In this document: positions 36,243 through 50,790 of the stretch, piece after piece
Position numbering within the stretch: the first letter of the stretch is position 1
Layout of the letters: every line of letters starts with the position of its first letter
NCBI RefSeq assembly: GCF_009914755.1
Contig: NC_060929.1
Length of the DNA stretch: 64,000 nucleotides
Source of the DNA: the human T2T-CHM13v2.0 reference genome, Homo sapiens
Strand: one strand, 5' to 3'
Made by a program: the position numbers and the translations under genes
Notes under the pieces: generated by a model
The model's database searches: none
What the model saw: the letters and a program-made list of their open reading frames with translations, nothing else
What the model was told of the DNA's origin: nothing

Positions 36243-37104
36243 CAACCCTTAGAATTAAAATGCTTATTTAAAAAGTAATTCCTGACCAACCCTTCTCACC
36301 TTGAGACTGTAAGCAGTTTTTACTGCAGGTTTCAAATATGGCAGACAGGCCTGAGGGACTGGCAAGGGGCCATCTTCCAGGGCTTATTTGCATAAGGGAC
36401 CTTCAGGTCAAGATTTCATCCTAAGGGGAGAGAAAATAGAGACCAGTAATACGAGGACCGAAGGTTAGAGGAGTGAGTGAGTCTAAATCAGTTCAATGTC
36501 TGTTGGTCAAATTGTGCCCATCCAGATCCACCATGGTATCTTCCTTGAGTGTTTTAGTAAAATATCTACAGAACCCCAAGACAACAGTATTAGAGACACA
36601 CAAGTCAGCCACAGACATACGTGACTCCACCTGGGTTTATCAAGCTATCTTTGGAGGAATTTAAAGGAAAGCTAGTATTCTCTGAGTGGTGAATTTGGAC
36701 TGGAATGGCTAAGTAGATGCTTTAATAAAATAATTTTTTTGCAGCTAGACTTACAGGGCTGAGGAAACACGGATTACAGCTAAAATTTATATTGTATAGT
36801 ACAAAAAGCAGGATACTTTATCCTATAAACAGCTGCAAAATTCCATGAAGATTATGTTGGTAGTTATAATAATAATGAAAGAACACTATTTTCCCCCCAC
36901 AGTGGTCATATTAATTACAGTTCTTAATTGTATTATTTCATAAAAGTGATGAGGAAAATGCTCTTTTAAATGTTTTTACTATTACCATCACTGTTATTTG
37001 GCTATTTGAAGAACCAGTGCCTTTTTTTTTTAAGTCACAAAAAATACTGACTGATACATTCAAATTTTGTTTTGAAATTGAAAATTTCAAATTGAGTGAC
37101 TTTT

Positions 37105-37405
37105 TTTCTAAATAAAGAAATAGAGATGGAGTTTCGCATGTTGCCCAGGCTAGTCTGGGACTCCTGAGCTCAAAGGATCCGCCTTCCTCAGCTTCCCAAA
37201 GTGCTGGGATTACAGGCATGAGCCACCGCACCTGGCTTGTCACCAACGCATGCACCATCATGCCTGACTAATTTTCCAATGTTTTATAGAGACAGAGCCT
37301 TGCTATGTTGTATAAGCTGGTCTTGAACTACTGGGTTCAAATGATCTTACCACCTCAACTTCCCAAAGTGCTGTGATTACAGGCATGAGCCACCACACCT
37401 GGCCC
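37105..37405 (-). mobile_element. Tandem Alu left-arm/FLAM fragments
   Basis: Two successive left-monomer copies, each ending in gagccacc..acctggc. Confidence 0.8.
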
Positions 37406-38198
37406 AAATTTAGTGACTCTTTAAGGGGAAAATAGAAGAGAGTTTTCTATCTTTTCCTAATATAATTCAGGACTTTTTAGTTGTCATGAACGAAAATCCA
37501 GTCAACCTGACTTAAACCAAAAGGAAATTTATAGGTTCTTGAAATCAAAAGGTCCAAGAACATAAAATTGCTTCAGGCAGAGCTGGATCCAGGTGCAGAG
37601 AATATGTTATCAGGAATCCGTCTCTCCCCATCTCTCAGGTCTCCTTTGCTCTGGGTTGGCTTCATTCTTAGACAGCCTACCTCCCTAGTGATGAAGGGGC
37701 TTCCAACAACACATACAGCCAGATTAATGAAGCCAGTAGAAAGGAAGCGCCTTGTTTCACATAATTTAAGCAAAATATCTATAATTGACTGCACTGAATT
37801 GGGTGCATGGTCAGATCTGCGTTATGTGTACACTCTTTGTATATGAAAGGTTGGGGGCAGGGGTGTGTATGTGGCCCACCTAGACCATGTAGAAGAAGTG
37901 TTGCCCAAGAGGAATTCCCTAAAAGAAACTTCTACCAGAAAAAGAGAAAGTAGATGACATCCAAATCAACTATACATCCCCAAATCTCCACTGAAGGAAA
38001 TCAAATGATACACATTTATAAATGCTATGGATTCAGATTAAAAGTATAAATAATAATTTTATTAATCTTATTCTGTGTACTTTGCATCAATTATGCCTGC
38101 AAATTTTTCTTTACATCTCTTCCTGAGAGTGTTCTAACTGATCTATTATTTCATGTAGTTCTTTAAGCACAGAAGTATACAGATGATTAAAACTTTAG

Positions 38199-38522
38199 GG
38201 CCGGGAGTGGTGGCTCACGCCTGTAATCCCAGCACTTTGGGAGGCTGAGGCGGGTGGATCACCTGAGGTCAGGAGTTTGAGACCAGCCTGACCAACATGG
38301 AGAAACCCATTCTCTACTAAAAATATAAAAATTAGCCGGGTGTGGTAGTGTGCACCTGTACTCCCAGCTACTTGGAAGGCTGAGGCAGGAGAATTGCTTG
38401 AACCTGGAGGCGGAGTTTGCAGTGAGCCAAGATCATGCCATTGCACTCCAGCCTGGGTGACAGAGCGAGACTCCATCTCAAAAACAAAAACAAAAGCAAA
38501 AACAAACAAACAAACAAACAAA
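38199..38522 (+). mobile_element. AluS with a (CAAA)n tail
   Basis: Full-length Alu. Confidence 0.95.
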
Positions 38523-41500
38523 CCTTTAGCCTGGATCGTCATCCTTGAGGTTATACTAAGAGAAACATTTTGGGTAATGCCTACTAGACATTCAGGAATC
38601 ATTGTGCAAGCTTTGACCTTCATCTGTCTGGTCAATGAAGTCACACCACTATGTCAAGAGCATTAGACCTGCTCTTTCTAAGTTATTGAGATGGGCTTTT
38701 AGTGTGCATTTTGAATTTTCAAGAAGATTTTTATTTTTCACTTAGCTTTTATCATTATTGTATATTTTTAAATATAGCTACTAAGAACTTGCCCTAGCCA
38801 CAGAGTGTACTCTAAGAAGCAGAAGATGCTTAATGTATTAATGTTATTATAAGGGGAACAAAGAGTTTCATAGTCAAGTGTTTGGAACACTAGGTTAAAT
38901 ACGCTTCTTTTTCTTTAACTTCTTATTATACAGTTACAGAAAAGCTAACAGTAACACAAAAGAACACCCACACATTAACCACTAAAGTTCAGCATTTTGC
39001 CATCTTCATTTATATATATGTATATAGTTGTTGTTGCTGGTGAATAACTTGAAAATCAGTTGCAGACTCATGATAACATTACACTTCGCCTCCAAATACT
39101 TGAGCATGCATCTCCTAAGACATTCTTACATAACCATAGAAGCATTATAACACTTAAGAAAACTAACAATAATTTTCCATAAGGGGATAATACCATGTAA
39201 TGCCCAGTCCATGTTCAAATTTTCCCTTTTTTTCTCAATACTACTTGTATAGATAACTTTTTCTTTTGAACTAAAATCTAATTAGAGTTCACACATTGCA
39301 TTTGATTGTTATGTCTGTTTAGTGCCTTTTATTTTAAAACAGTCTTCCTGAACTTTTTAAAAAGAGTACTGTGTTTTTTATGAGACCAAGCCAGTTGTCT
39401 TGTATTAATAGAATATTCCACATTCTGGATTTTTCTGAATGTCTTCCCTTGACATCTTCTCATTTATTCTTCCCTTCTCAACCAGGTTTCTTTACAGCAG
39501 AAACTCTCAGAGCCTTTAAAGTTCAATGGGCAAAACTACTCTGCAAATGGACACCTTCTAGCAGCCTCTGCTATCTTCACAATAACCTTCCACACTCAAT
39601 GAAGCACACACATGCCAGAAACACCAGCCCTAGCAGAGGATCAGATGGAAATACGCATGCCTTACCCCTTGAGTTTCATGTGAAAGGACTTCAATTTGAC
39701 TCCCACTCCTGGATGCTCTCCTCTGTTGGGGCTACAGGGGCCCCATTGAAAATGAAACAACAACAACTAAAAAACAAAAACCAAAACCATCACATCTGGG
39801 CTCTAAACTAATGTCTAGGGGGAAATTGAGGCTCAGAGATTAAATTCTCTTGCAAGGTAAAGCCCAAAGTTATCAAAATCTGAAGGGTCACAGTCGAAAA
39901 TCAAAATTTTCTGCACTTCTACGAAAAAAATCAGAGCTTTTCCTGTTTCTGATTCTGCATAGCCTCAGCTGGGGGTGCTCCTAAAGCCTTAAGCAGCTGC
40001 AGCTACAGTCTATCTCTGAAGCTGTATTTGTTCATTTTCCATTTTCTGAGGAGCCTCACTCTTTTAAAGTGTTAAAAGTCTCAGCAGAAGCCAGAACATT
40101 ATTGTAGCACTAGCCTCTCACCTACCCACCAAAGTTAGGAAACAAACCATTCTCTGTCCCTGGAGCAATTGCCAAATAAAGATGTACTTCTAGAACCCAA
40201 AAACTCTAGCATAGGCTTAGAATCTGAGAGGAGAGACTCTGTGTCTCAACTTCCTCAGGGTGGCTGTCAGTCAGTCAGTGAAGGCAATCCAAACCTATAT
40301 TCTGTGCAGGTAAACTATTTGGGAGAAATCTTTTCATAAGAGGTTAATTTGGGCATTGTGCTGAACAAATCTGGGGGACGGGTGGGCAGAAGGAGAGCCA
40401 TTCATAGACACGGGCAATAGTCATTCTGCCTTCCAACAAGTTTAGAAATTTACAAAGGTGGAGGTCCCAGTCTCCAAGTGTCGTTCACGTCTTACCAATT
40501 AAAATTCTCTTCATCGCCGTTTCCATTCTGAGCCCTTGTACTTAATTGAGCAAGATCTCTATCTAGTGACATGGAGCTCTCTTGGGAGCATGCTTTCAAT
40601 CCTGTGCCTCAGTGGCTGTTTTCAGTGGCAGGCTAAACAATCTGCCTTGAGCTACACTTTCTCCAGAGCTCTCTTGACTCCATGGATGATGTGGAGTGAC
40701 TTTGAGCATGTGGACGTACTACAGGAATCCAAGGTTTGTCCTTCCACAGTTCCCTCTCTGGCCTAGAAGGCAGAATGAAATCTGAAGCAGTGCTGCCTCC
40801 CCAACCCCACATAGACAATTTCCAGTTAGGCACACGCGGAGCTCAGCCGCCTTACATTTTAAATGCAGCTGGGTATAGATTTAGGTGACGAAGTGGGGAA
40901 GGGTTCTCTTTAAGAAAAAGATACAAAACAATACATTTAAAAATATATGTAAAAGCGAATATTTAATTAGAAAGAATGATCACAAAAAATACAAATATTT
41001 TAAAATGGCCATAACAGCAAACATTAATTGCCAGGCATACCTCTATAATACTTTTTGTCTACAATCTTGTCTACTTACTCTCTAGTCATCCCTTCACACA
41101 ATAATTTTATGATAATATTTTATATAAATGGAACAGATAGATAATTCAATCTTTCCTACAGTATTAATCTTTTTTTAATTGATAGGAAGCATAAAACAAA
41201 CTTAGTTTGTAGACTCGGTACAGGTTTGTGTACTTTAGACATAGGAGTTCTGATAAATTCTATTTCACGTGATTCCCATCAAAAAAGACGTGGTGGATTT
41301 ATAGTTTACATGATGTCATTATTAAGCACATTTCATGTGTACTGTCAATGAGAACAGAATCCCATACTTACAACATTACCGAACATCTGATGATAGAATT
41401 TTCTACAGCCTAATTTCTGGCTCCATCCATTTCAAATCTGGCTTCTGCTCTAGGACTCACATACTTCCATGTCAGGCACTGTCCCACCTTCACATTTTGA

Positions 41501-43449
41501 GAGAACCCTCGCCCTCACCCTCATTTGGGTATACAGGGAGAGTCACCACAGTGGGCAACTGGAGAATTCTTGGAAGCTATAAACCATACAACTATATCCC
41601 ACTAAAACCAAACTAAATGTATTTCCAACTCAGACGCCCCTTAGCCAGGTCCCCAAAATGTCTGAGTGACAGAAGAAAAACAATGGCCTTGATCCACAGA
41701 AGTTAAATTACTTTGCTTTTACACATTTTACAAAAACATTATTATCATTATTCCTCCCTGTCTTCTTTCTCCTTTCTGAACAATTCAGTCCTAAAGCCAG
41801 TAGGTGGGACAGAGCGGGGAAGACACACATGCTGGCTAGGGGGATGAGAAGGAGGAGTGACCAAGGTGGCTCACAGAGGAGTGTCAGAGCCCTAGTGGGA
41901 TAGATGGCAACATGGTGTAGTGACATAGCACGGCCAGCTCAAGCCCAGTGGGAAGGGAATCAAGGGGCAGCCTACAGAGGCTCAAAGTCCAGTCTCTGTG
42001 ATGTGCCTTCATTACCTGAATCTAATCAGGAGGAAACATCAGATGAACTCAAACTGAGGGATATTCTACAAAATGAATGGCCTGTAATCTTCAAAAATGC
42101 AAATATCATAAATGTTAAAGAAAGACTAAGGAGATATCTCAGACTGAAGAAAGCTAGAGACATGAAAACTAAACATACAATCTTGATTCTGAACTGAATT
42201 TGAGGATTAGATGGTAGTGTGTCAGTGTTAACTTCCTGATTTGGATGGTTGTATTGTGGTTATGTAGAAGAATGTCCAGATTTGGAGAAAATACATACTA
42301 AAGCATTAGGGACTGACGGGGCATCAGATTGGTACTATACTCTCAAATGGGTGTTTGGGAATAGAGTTTCCCTGTATTTTTCTGTATTTTTGTGTTTGTT
42401 ACCAAATTATATATAATTATATATGTGAGGGGTAGGGGTGAGAGGGCGAGAGCATATGACCATGTGAACACATTACTAGTGTCCCTCAGGACCTCAGGAT
42501 CTTGGAAGGCCCCATGCAAATATGGGAACCTGAAGCTTCAGTTTCATCAATATCACTACCTCTAACTGCAGCAAACCTGACTCTACCCACTACTGTCTGA
42601 AAGGCCAAAGTCCTTAAAGACATAATTTAGACCTTGTCTTAGTTATACCTGCTTTCTTAGGTCTTTGTGGCCTCCCTATCTCTGCTAACACTCAGTGTAG
42701 CAGAATGAATATGTTCTGAATGTTGTTCAAGGTCAAGGAGCAGCAGCTTGCACCCGAGGCCCACGTCACCTAAAGCTCTCTGGGGTTTGCCTTTGCTGGG
42801 CCCACATAGCTCTGTTGTGTGTATTTGCTAAGCCTGGCTTGGTACAAATGGCCAGTGTTTTGCTTCAGGCTCAGTGTAGGTTCGGTGGTATTTGCTGATC
42901 AGACTCTCTTCTCCACACCCCCACTTACGTCAGCTGTGTATCATTTGCTTAATGCTCAGGACTTGGAGTCCCACCAGGAAGATAAAAATCAGCAGTGAAC
43001 AAGAAGTGTTTCAGCTAGTCAAATCTCCAACCTTCACTCACTTCTCCTGGTATGCTCAGCTTAGCTCCTTTCTTCTTTCTACAGATTTGTGTACCTGTAG
43101 AGAGGGTACAATCTAGTCTGTCCGCTAGAGAGGACAGTTTTAAGAGAGTTTTGATACATAAGTTTAATTCAGGAGGCTGTTAGTCCCTTTGGCTGCATGT
43201 TTAAGCCACCCCAATTGAGATGTTCATAATTAAATAAAGCTCACACCTTGATCTCTTTCTGTGTCTCTCAACTGGTTCCAAACTCAGGCAGAAAATAAAA
43301 GAAAGGTGTTATTGGGCCCTCTCAAAGTCCAACACAAATAAAAGATGATGGTACCTTCAGGGTGGTGATAGCAGATAAGGTAAGAAGCGGTGTGATTTCA
43401 GATAAATTTTAGGAAGAATTGGCAGGACTCAGTGCTGGATTAGATATGG

Positions 43450-44405
43450 GGGGATATCAAGGGTCCCTAAGACCCCCTTCACATTTGGAGATTCACTAGA
43501 TTCTGGGACTCATTACAGTTACGCTATTACAGAAACGTAGTAAGGATACACAGCTGGATTGTAAAGAAAAAGACTCAGGCAGAGCATGGAAGACTTCGTG
43601 TGCAGGATTCCTAAGTGTTCTCCCTTTCGCGAGGGGTCACACAGACTGCATTCTTCCTCCAGAAATGAAAATGTAGAAACATGCCTGCAATGTTTTTGCC
43701 AGGGAAAGACTGAGCCTCAGCAGCCAGAGTTTTTACTGGACATTGGTCACAGGCACCTCTGCCTAGCAGGTACCAAGTTCTAGAATCTCAGAAGGAAAAG
43801 CAAGTGCATTGTTTGTACAAATAGCTTACGCACAGGGAATCACTTTTATTATTTAGGGAAAGCTTTGTATGTGTAGGTGTAGGTGTCGGATAAACTCACC
43901 TGATAGTAATAATTTATGCATACCCTCAGAATGACCCCATATGGCAGATGCACCTGAATGTATGTTCTGAGCTAGGGAATCTGGGAGTAGCTAACCTGAA
44001 GAGTCATTCTTTATCTATGAGAAACATCTAATATAGGGGACTGAGGCCCTGAATTTTGGGATACATGAAGGTTGCCAGGTGGAGATTGTTAGGGGGAGGG
44101 TATAAAGTGAAAATACCATATAAACTGCATGATGGTTGCAGGCGGTTGCAGTTTTCCTGCCCATCCCACCACCACTGGACTCTGTAAGCACCTAATAAAA
44201 CACCATGTTTTGTTTGCTGGCTCTAGGTCTCTTCTTCGGCCTCTTGAACCTGGTTCCTTTCCTACTGAGGTTAATAGGGCTTTGGCACGACAGTAAGGGA
44301 CTGTTTACCTGCCAAGTTCTCACATGTCAGCGAAGGGCCAACCTTACAAGCAGACCTTTTTAAGGATAGCAGTCTCAGGTCAGCTATGCGAACTCCTTTC
44401 TCTAC
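43450..44405. mobile_element. MER21-like LTR with a nested ERV1-type solo LTR (~43884-44292)
   Basis: ggtccctaagacccccttca...ggatagcagtctcagg flanks. The inner TG...CA element has TATA and AATAAA. Confidence 0.6.
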
Positions 44406-46399
44406 AGACGGGCAGGAAGGGGTGCGACAAGGAAAAGGGAAGAGTCAAGGAAGACATGCAGATTTCTCCCTTAAGCCTGAAGATGGACAGTGTTGTCACT
44501 TATAGAGATGGAGAAGACAAAGAAATGCAGATTTATGGGAGAGAACTAGTATTTCGATTTTGAACACAATGAAATTAGAGATAGCTATGAATTATCAGGT
44601 TAAACTATTGTATGTTATAATAAAAAACAACCTTAAAATTCCAGGGGCCTTAACATAATAAAAATTTATTTCTCACTTAAGTTATGTGACTTTCACGGCC
44701 TAGTGGAAGTTAGGAAATTGGTGGGGAGATGTAGTCTCTGTTCTGCATAGTCACTCAGGGACCCAGGCTGGTGGAGGCTCCACCATCCAGAATGTTGTTA
44801 ATTCTTATGACAGAGAAAGAGGCAACTGGAGAAGTCTCATCTCAGCTTTTCTATGCTTCAGTCTACAGCCCATTGTTCAAAACTGGCCATGTGGCCGCAA
44901 AAAACTGTAAGTGGAGCTGGAAAATGTGGGGTAGTTGATGGGATATCTGGTGAACACCACTGTTTCTGCCACAATAGCCCCATAGAAATGTCAAGTAGGC
45001 ATCCCCAACAAACGTATGTCTGGAGACATTCATTTAGGAGTCATAAGCACATAGGTGGTATTTAGAGCCACACTCACTGTCATGTAATCTGAGTTCCAGG
45101 GCCTAGTAAGGGCAGTATTATCACCCTTTTCTGGTGTGAAGGAGTAGGAAATCCAGATTGGTGGACACCCTTCAAACTTCCCTGTAGTGAAACTAGCAGC
45201 ACACAGGTGCCTTCACTAGCAGTCAAGACAGATTGTGGCTTAGGATTGAAGGCAAGTTTTTAACTTCTCTAAGAGGGGAGTCTTGGTGCCTGAAAAGTCT
45301 GCCTAGAAACAGCCTGATGCTCACGGCAGAGGGACTAGGCTCACAACTTTCAGTTGAAACCACACATGAAGATATTGAGAGCCAAAATCAGGGGGAAAGC
45401 TGGCCACAGGAACCACTAGGTGTCACTAATAGGCCAAAGTTAGAAGCGCGGAAAAGGAAAGGCTAAAAGAACAAATGAAGGAAGGAAAGAAAAGGTAGTA
45501 CCTGCCCTAAGATGGCCACAGGTGAAACTTAGTGGTAGCATTGCTAACATTGTTCTATTAAAGAAAAAAAAAAGGCAAAATAACAGTAGAAATTATGAAC
45601 TTTATTCTGAACAATAATGACTTCCAAATAGACTGGATGGGTTCTTGCTGTTACCTAATGTGCATGCCTGTGTGTGAATGGTTTTGTGCATTTGTGTGTG
45701 TGTGCACTTGGGAAGTGGAGAAGGGTAGTTTATTCTGACCTCCATTATAGCTTTCCAAACATCACATGACTAACCATATGAATACTTTTGGTAGAGATAA
45801 AAGAAAGTTTCTCTTCTTTCATCCTACTTGTGTGTATATGCATGTATAACTACTGAGGTCTTCAGTTTATTCAATATCAAATTTAAGGTCGATGGATCTA
45901 AGATGTGTCCTTTTTTAATGCCCAGAATATGACAAAGCAAAAAAGGATTTCTAAAATGGCAAACCTTATTTAATCCTTCGATGACAAGCTGGGGACTACT
46001 AACACCTTCCATGTGCCAATAAAATCATTTGGGATGACTAACAGATAATGGAAATTACAATAAATCAAAATATATTTTATATCTTTGATAACTGATACAT
46101 CAAAACTAGATAGTTAATTTGTGTTTGGGTCAGTGAAAAAAATGGCCAAAAGGGAAATGACCCAATAAAATATTATTGATCACCATAAAACTGTATTGAA
46201 GAGAAAAAAAACAGAAGAAACTAGCACTGGAAACAAATTATTCTGAGCTATTCAACTTCTTACATGTTGAGGCTCATTTAAAAAATGGCATTTATATAGC
46301 ACACTGAGGTAAATGGACAAAGTTCCTGGGTTTCGGCTGCCCCAGTTCATTGGGCCACCCTAGAGCCTGAGATCACTATGTCACCATACTAAATACAAG

Positions 46400-46592
46400 T
46401 TGTAGTGTTCAACCTTGGGTTCACACTGGAATCACTCAGGAAGTTAAAAACATACATTGAATCTGCCCACTCCCTTCCCACCCCAAATAATCTGTGTTTT
46501 ATTTTGTTGGTCTGGCATACAGACTGGGCATTACGACTTTTCAAAACTCCCAAGCGACTCTAAGGCATAGCCAGGGTTAAGAATCACTGCAC
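46400..46592. mobile_element. MER5-like DNA transposon
   Basis: ttcaaccttgggttcacactggaatcac...aaaactccccaagcgactctaaggcatagccagggttaagaatcactg. Confidence 0.65.
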
Positions 46593-47053
46593 TGGAAAGT
46601 AGTCAAGGAAATTAAAAACTTAGGCTCATCTAGTTTCCCAGCTCGGAACACAAATATGAGGGTTTTGGTGGTTTTCTTTGTTGTTGTTGTTGTCAATTCA
46701 GGGAAGTACAATGAGAAAAAAGCAAAATTGCAAAGTTCATAATATGAAAGTGAAAACTCTCCATCTCCTCCCAAAGCAACCACTATTGTTTCTTTTGATT
46801 TTTCGAGAAAAAGTTTATGTACATACCTGCATGTTTGTATTTCAAAAAATAATTGTTTACATTAAAGAGAGGACACCATATATAGTATTCTACGCTTTGC
46901 CTTTAATATTCATTACATGATGGGCCTGTCCTTTGAGTATACAGTACACAGCTACGAAGTAATTCACATGTCTGTACTGTTGTGCTGTGTTTTATTGAAC
47001 CATTCCTCCGTGTTATCACTTCAGCTATTTTCACTACTTCACAGCAATAAACA

Positions 47054-47467
<414 letters not shown>

Positions 47468-47539
47468 TCAACAAACAACTAAAAAGTAAACTGATGCTAT
47501 CCACATTTGTCAAGTACACGAGTATGCCTGCCAGTTTGA

Positions 47540-48200
47540 AGGTGCTGGCGCGGCGCTGTTGGCCAGAGATCTCTATCAACCAGGGTCATCTGCCGGCAAT
47601 GCCATAGAGGCGGTCCCGGGGGCGGGCCTTCTTGGGTCACGTGGACGGCCTCGCCCCGCCCCCGTCGAGGCGCCGCGCACGTCTGGAGCTCTGGCTCGTG
47701 CAGTAGCGTCACGCGGAGGCGGAGCGAGGACTCGGGGACAGTAAGTTCTGTTCTCGCCGCGCAGGGGGCGGGCTGGCGGGACCAGCTGCTTCCGGCTGGG
47801 CTGCGGGCGTGGACTCCTCATTCCGGCTGTGGCCGCGCCGCTGCGGGGCCTGAGGCCCTCTTGGGTTTTGGTTCAGCGTTAGTTAACGGTTAACCCGCCA
47901 AGGCGGGCTTCCGCCCAGGCACAGGAGACCCACCGAGCTTGTTCACCTTGAAACTTGGGCCACACCTGAGACCTGCCACCTAAGGGGGGTACGCGGGTCG
48001 TTTTTAACAAGCTTTCATGGCATTTGTGCCATGAAAGCTCTAAAGTATAGAAGCTGCTCCAGGGCTTCCGCAGCCCCGGCCGTCCTGGAGATACTCGCCT
48101 CCTGGAGTCTGTGTCGAGAATTTGCAGCACCTGGACAGCCACGTGCAGTCTCAGAACTGCAGGCGGTCTTTACCGAAATGTTAAACACAACTTGAAGTTA
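47540..48200. promoter_or_regulatory. RFESD: RFESD CpG-island promoter
   Basis: GC boxes at 47619-47626 and 47654-47663, E-box GTCACGTG at 47636-47643, CRE half-site CGTCA at ~47707, no TATA. Confidence 0.85.
47700..47740 (+). other. RFESD: RFESD non-coding first exon (5' end approximate)
   Basis: Strong donor ACA|gtaagt at 47740/47741 just downstream of the promoter motifs. Confidence 0.7.
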
Positions 48201-48239
48201 GGCAGGATAACTGCCAGAGCTGGATGGACCTTAGAGGTG

Positions 48240-48435
48240 CCAGCTAACGCGCTGTGAGCGTTTTCTGCGGTTAGGCCTGCTCTAAACATTTGACATGTGT
48301 TAAAGCATTTATGTGCTTTACCCACACCCCTATGTGGCGGGCCCTTCTTAAAGTAAAAGAAACTGCAGCACAGCGAAGTTAAGCAACTTGCCCCAAATCA
48401 CGCAGAACTGGGATGCAAACCCAGGTCTAGCTCAC
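48240..48435 (-). mobile_element. MIR
   Basis: gaaactgcagcacagcgaagttaagcaacttgccccaaatcacgcag. Confidence 0.7.
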
Positions 48436-50089
48436 TCGTGATCACAATTCAACATCATACGATGGTGCTGATTTCCAGAGCAGCTCTGTGACTTTATATA
48501 AAATTATTGGGCAAGCGTTCAATTGTAAACATTCGTGAACATAGCTGTTGCACATTAGCGTTCCTTTTTTTTTTTAATTCAGGACCATCTTTGGTGACAA
48601 ATATAAATATCAATACTATATATATCACCAATATACATATTTGCTTTGCTAAAAGGTTTCTGTGTCTTCAGGATAGTTTACTTGCAAGCCTCATGTTTTT
48701 ATAAAAACGTGGGTGCTACCTGAATAAAACTAATGCCTACCCGTTGGCGGTTTTGTGAAGACTAATGAACTATTATATTCAAAGGGTCCAAGCAGTAGGC
48801 ATTTACTAAAGGACAGCTAGTTTTATCTGTTATTATTCTGCCATTCAGAGAGATACCAAAACTACTCTCTAAGGCATTTCTCTTCCCTGCATGTAAAAGC
48901 AAGGGTGTCATACTTGAGATAAGCATTCTGATAATGTGTAGGCAAAGTTTCCACACTTGGTAAAAGCATCTTAGTCATGGTTCAAGACGAGTGACAAGTA
49001 AGTACGTTTCACTTCATGTTTCTTTTATCTCCCGTGTCTTGTGGAAATTTGAGTTACACTAAATATTTTTTTAAATTCCACTTGAATTTATTTCCTTTGT
49101 TGGAAAGGAATCTAATAGTGACCGAGTATCCATTTAGCTAATTTGTAATTTTATATGGAGTTAGCACCTTTAGAAACCAATTTTAGGGACAGGCCAAAAA
49201 TTTTTCTCGAAGAGAACATGAAACACAACGACTAAGTTTTTCAGGGGGATGTTTTCAACTAGCCGTCAAACTGTATGAGTTGTTTAATTTTCTGTTTCAT
49301 TCAGTTAAGATTCTATTATCTTAAAGTAGACTTAAAATCGAAACATATTGGGAGTTTATGAATAGTTCATCAAAATAACGATAATTAAGGTGAACACGTG
49401 GGCTTTCCCTATTGTGTGAATGGATCATGATATTCACAATAGTAAGAATAATATGGGTGTTAAATGTAAAAAGTCCTCAAATAGTATAAATAGTACCATT
49501 TAAGATACATAGAGGAAACTATTATTTGACATATAAAATTATACTTTTCTAAGCAAAATGCACAGCCATAATCATAGTTCTCTGAAACCTTTATCATTTA
49601 GCCCCAGTCTTCTCTGCTCCTTTTTTATCAGTCCCGTAAAAGTTCACCAGTTTGTCGGGTTGGAGGCAAACCTTGCAAAAACTGTAAGTTTGTAGTGACT
49701 CAAATTTGAGAAAGACCTGTATTTGGTTCTCATTTATTTGGGAGTTGGGAAAACATAATTAACTTTTGATATTATACTACATCTCTTGTATTTCGTTACT
49801 TTTTGATAGTAGTGCTTTTTTTTTTTTTTTTTTTTTGGCCTGGAGGAAAACAACTATTCATTTATTTCCTCCTTTGGTGCCAAGTTTTGAAATTAGCTGT
49901 ACAAAATTCTTAAATAGTTAATTCATGACCTATGCACAGGCACATTCTCTGAGGATAGAAAGGGCAATTTTGTTCCATTTTTCTTGGGTTTGGGGTCATT
50001 TGCTACATAAATATACATTAGGATACAACTTAAATCTTGAAAAGAATAATTTTAATTTAAGAAAAAAGTAAATACTTTTAGACATTTAA

Positions 50090-50790
50090 GAAATGTTTAT
50101 TATCCCCTTGCTTTTCTTGATATATTTACCCTATAGTACATATATCCATGAATAATATACTGTTTGGTTTTGCCACTTTTGTGATAAAAACGGAAACATA
50201 CTCTGAATTCCTTTTTAAATTTTTCACTTGCAATTATGTTTTTTGAAATTAAGCCAACTTGATGTAGAGATACATTTTTCACTGCTGTACAGCATTCCAT
50301 TGAATGAACATACACATTTTCCATTCTACTGTTGATGGGTTTTGTGTTGTTTTTGTTTTTTGCTGTTATAACTATTCTTGTGTATGTTTCCTGGTGTACC
50401 TGTGTGCATTTCTGTGGCATATACCCAAAGTGGGATTATTATTATGTTTAACTTTACTAGGTAATGCCAAATTGTGGTAGCACTAATTTATGTTATCACT
50501 AGCAGTTCCATATTTTCACTAATACTTGGTATAATTTTTTGTCAGCCTGGTGGATAGAAAATAGTATCACATTAATGGCCTTGCTTTGCATTTCCTTTGC
50601 GTTTTCCTACTAATGAGATTGAGTGTCTTTACATATACTGGCCATTCAGATTTCTTTATTTGTGAAATGTTTGTTCATGTCTTGCCCATTTTTCTATGAT
50701 TATTTGTTCTTTTTTTACTGGCCTATAGGAGTTCTTCACATATTCTGAATCTCAAGAGTTTGTCAGTTATATGTATTGCAAATTCCACAT
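50090..50790 (-). mobile_element. L1ME-type 3' fragment
   Basis: ttccattgaatgaacatac...ttccattctactgttgatggg...ggccattcagatttctttatttgtgaaatg. Confidence 0.7.

Noticed and set aside
48583-48997. Possible extra non-coding RFESD exon (T-tract-cag acceptor, CAA|gtaagt donor)
   Set aside because: Splice-like motifs alone are insufficient. It is long and ATG-rich, and I have no transcript evidence.
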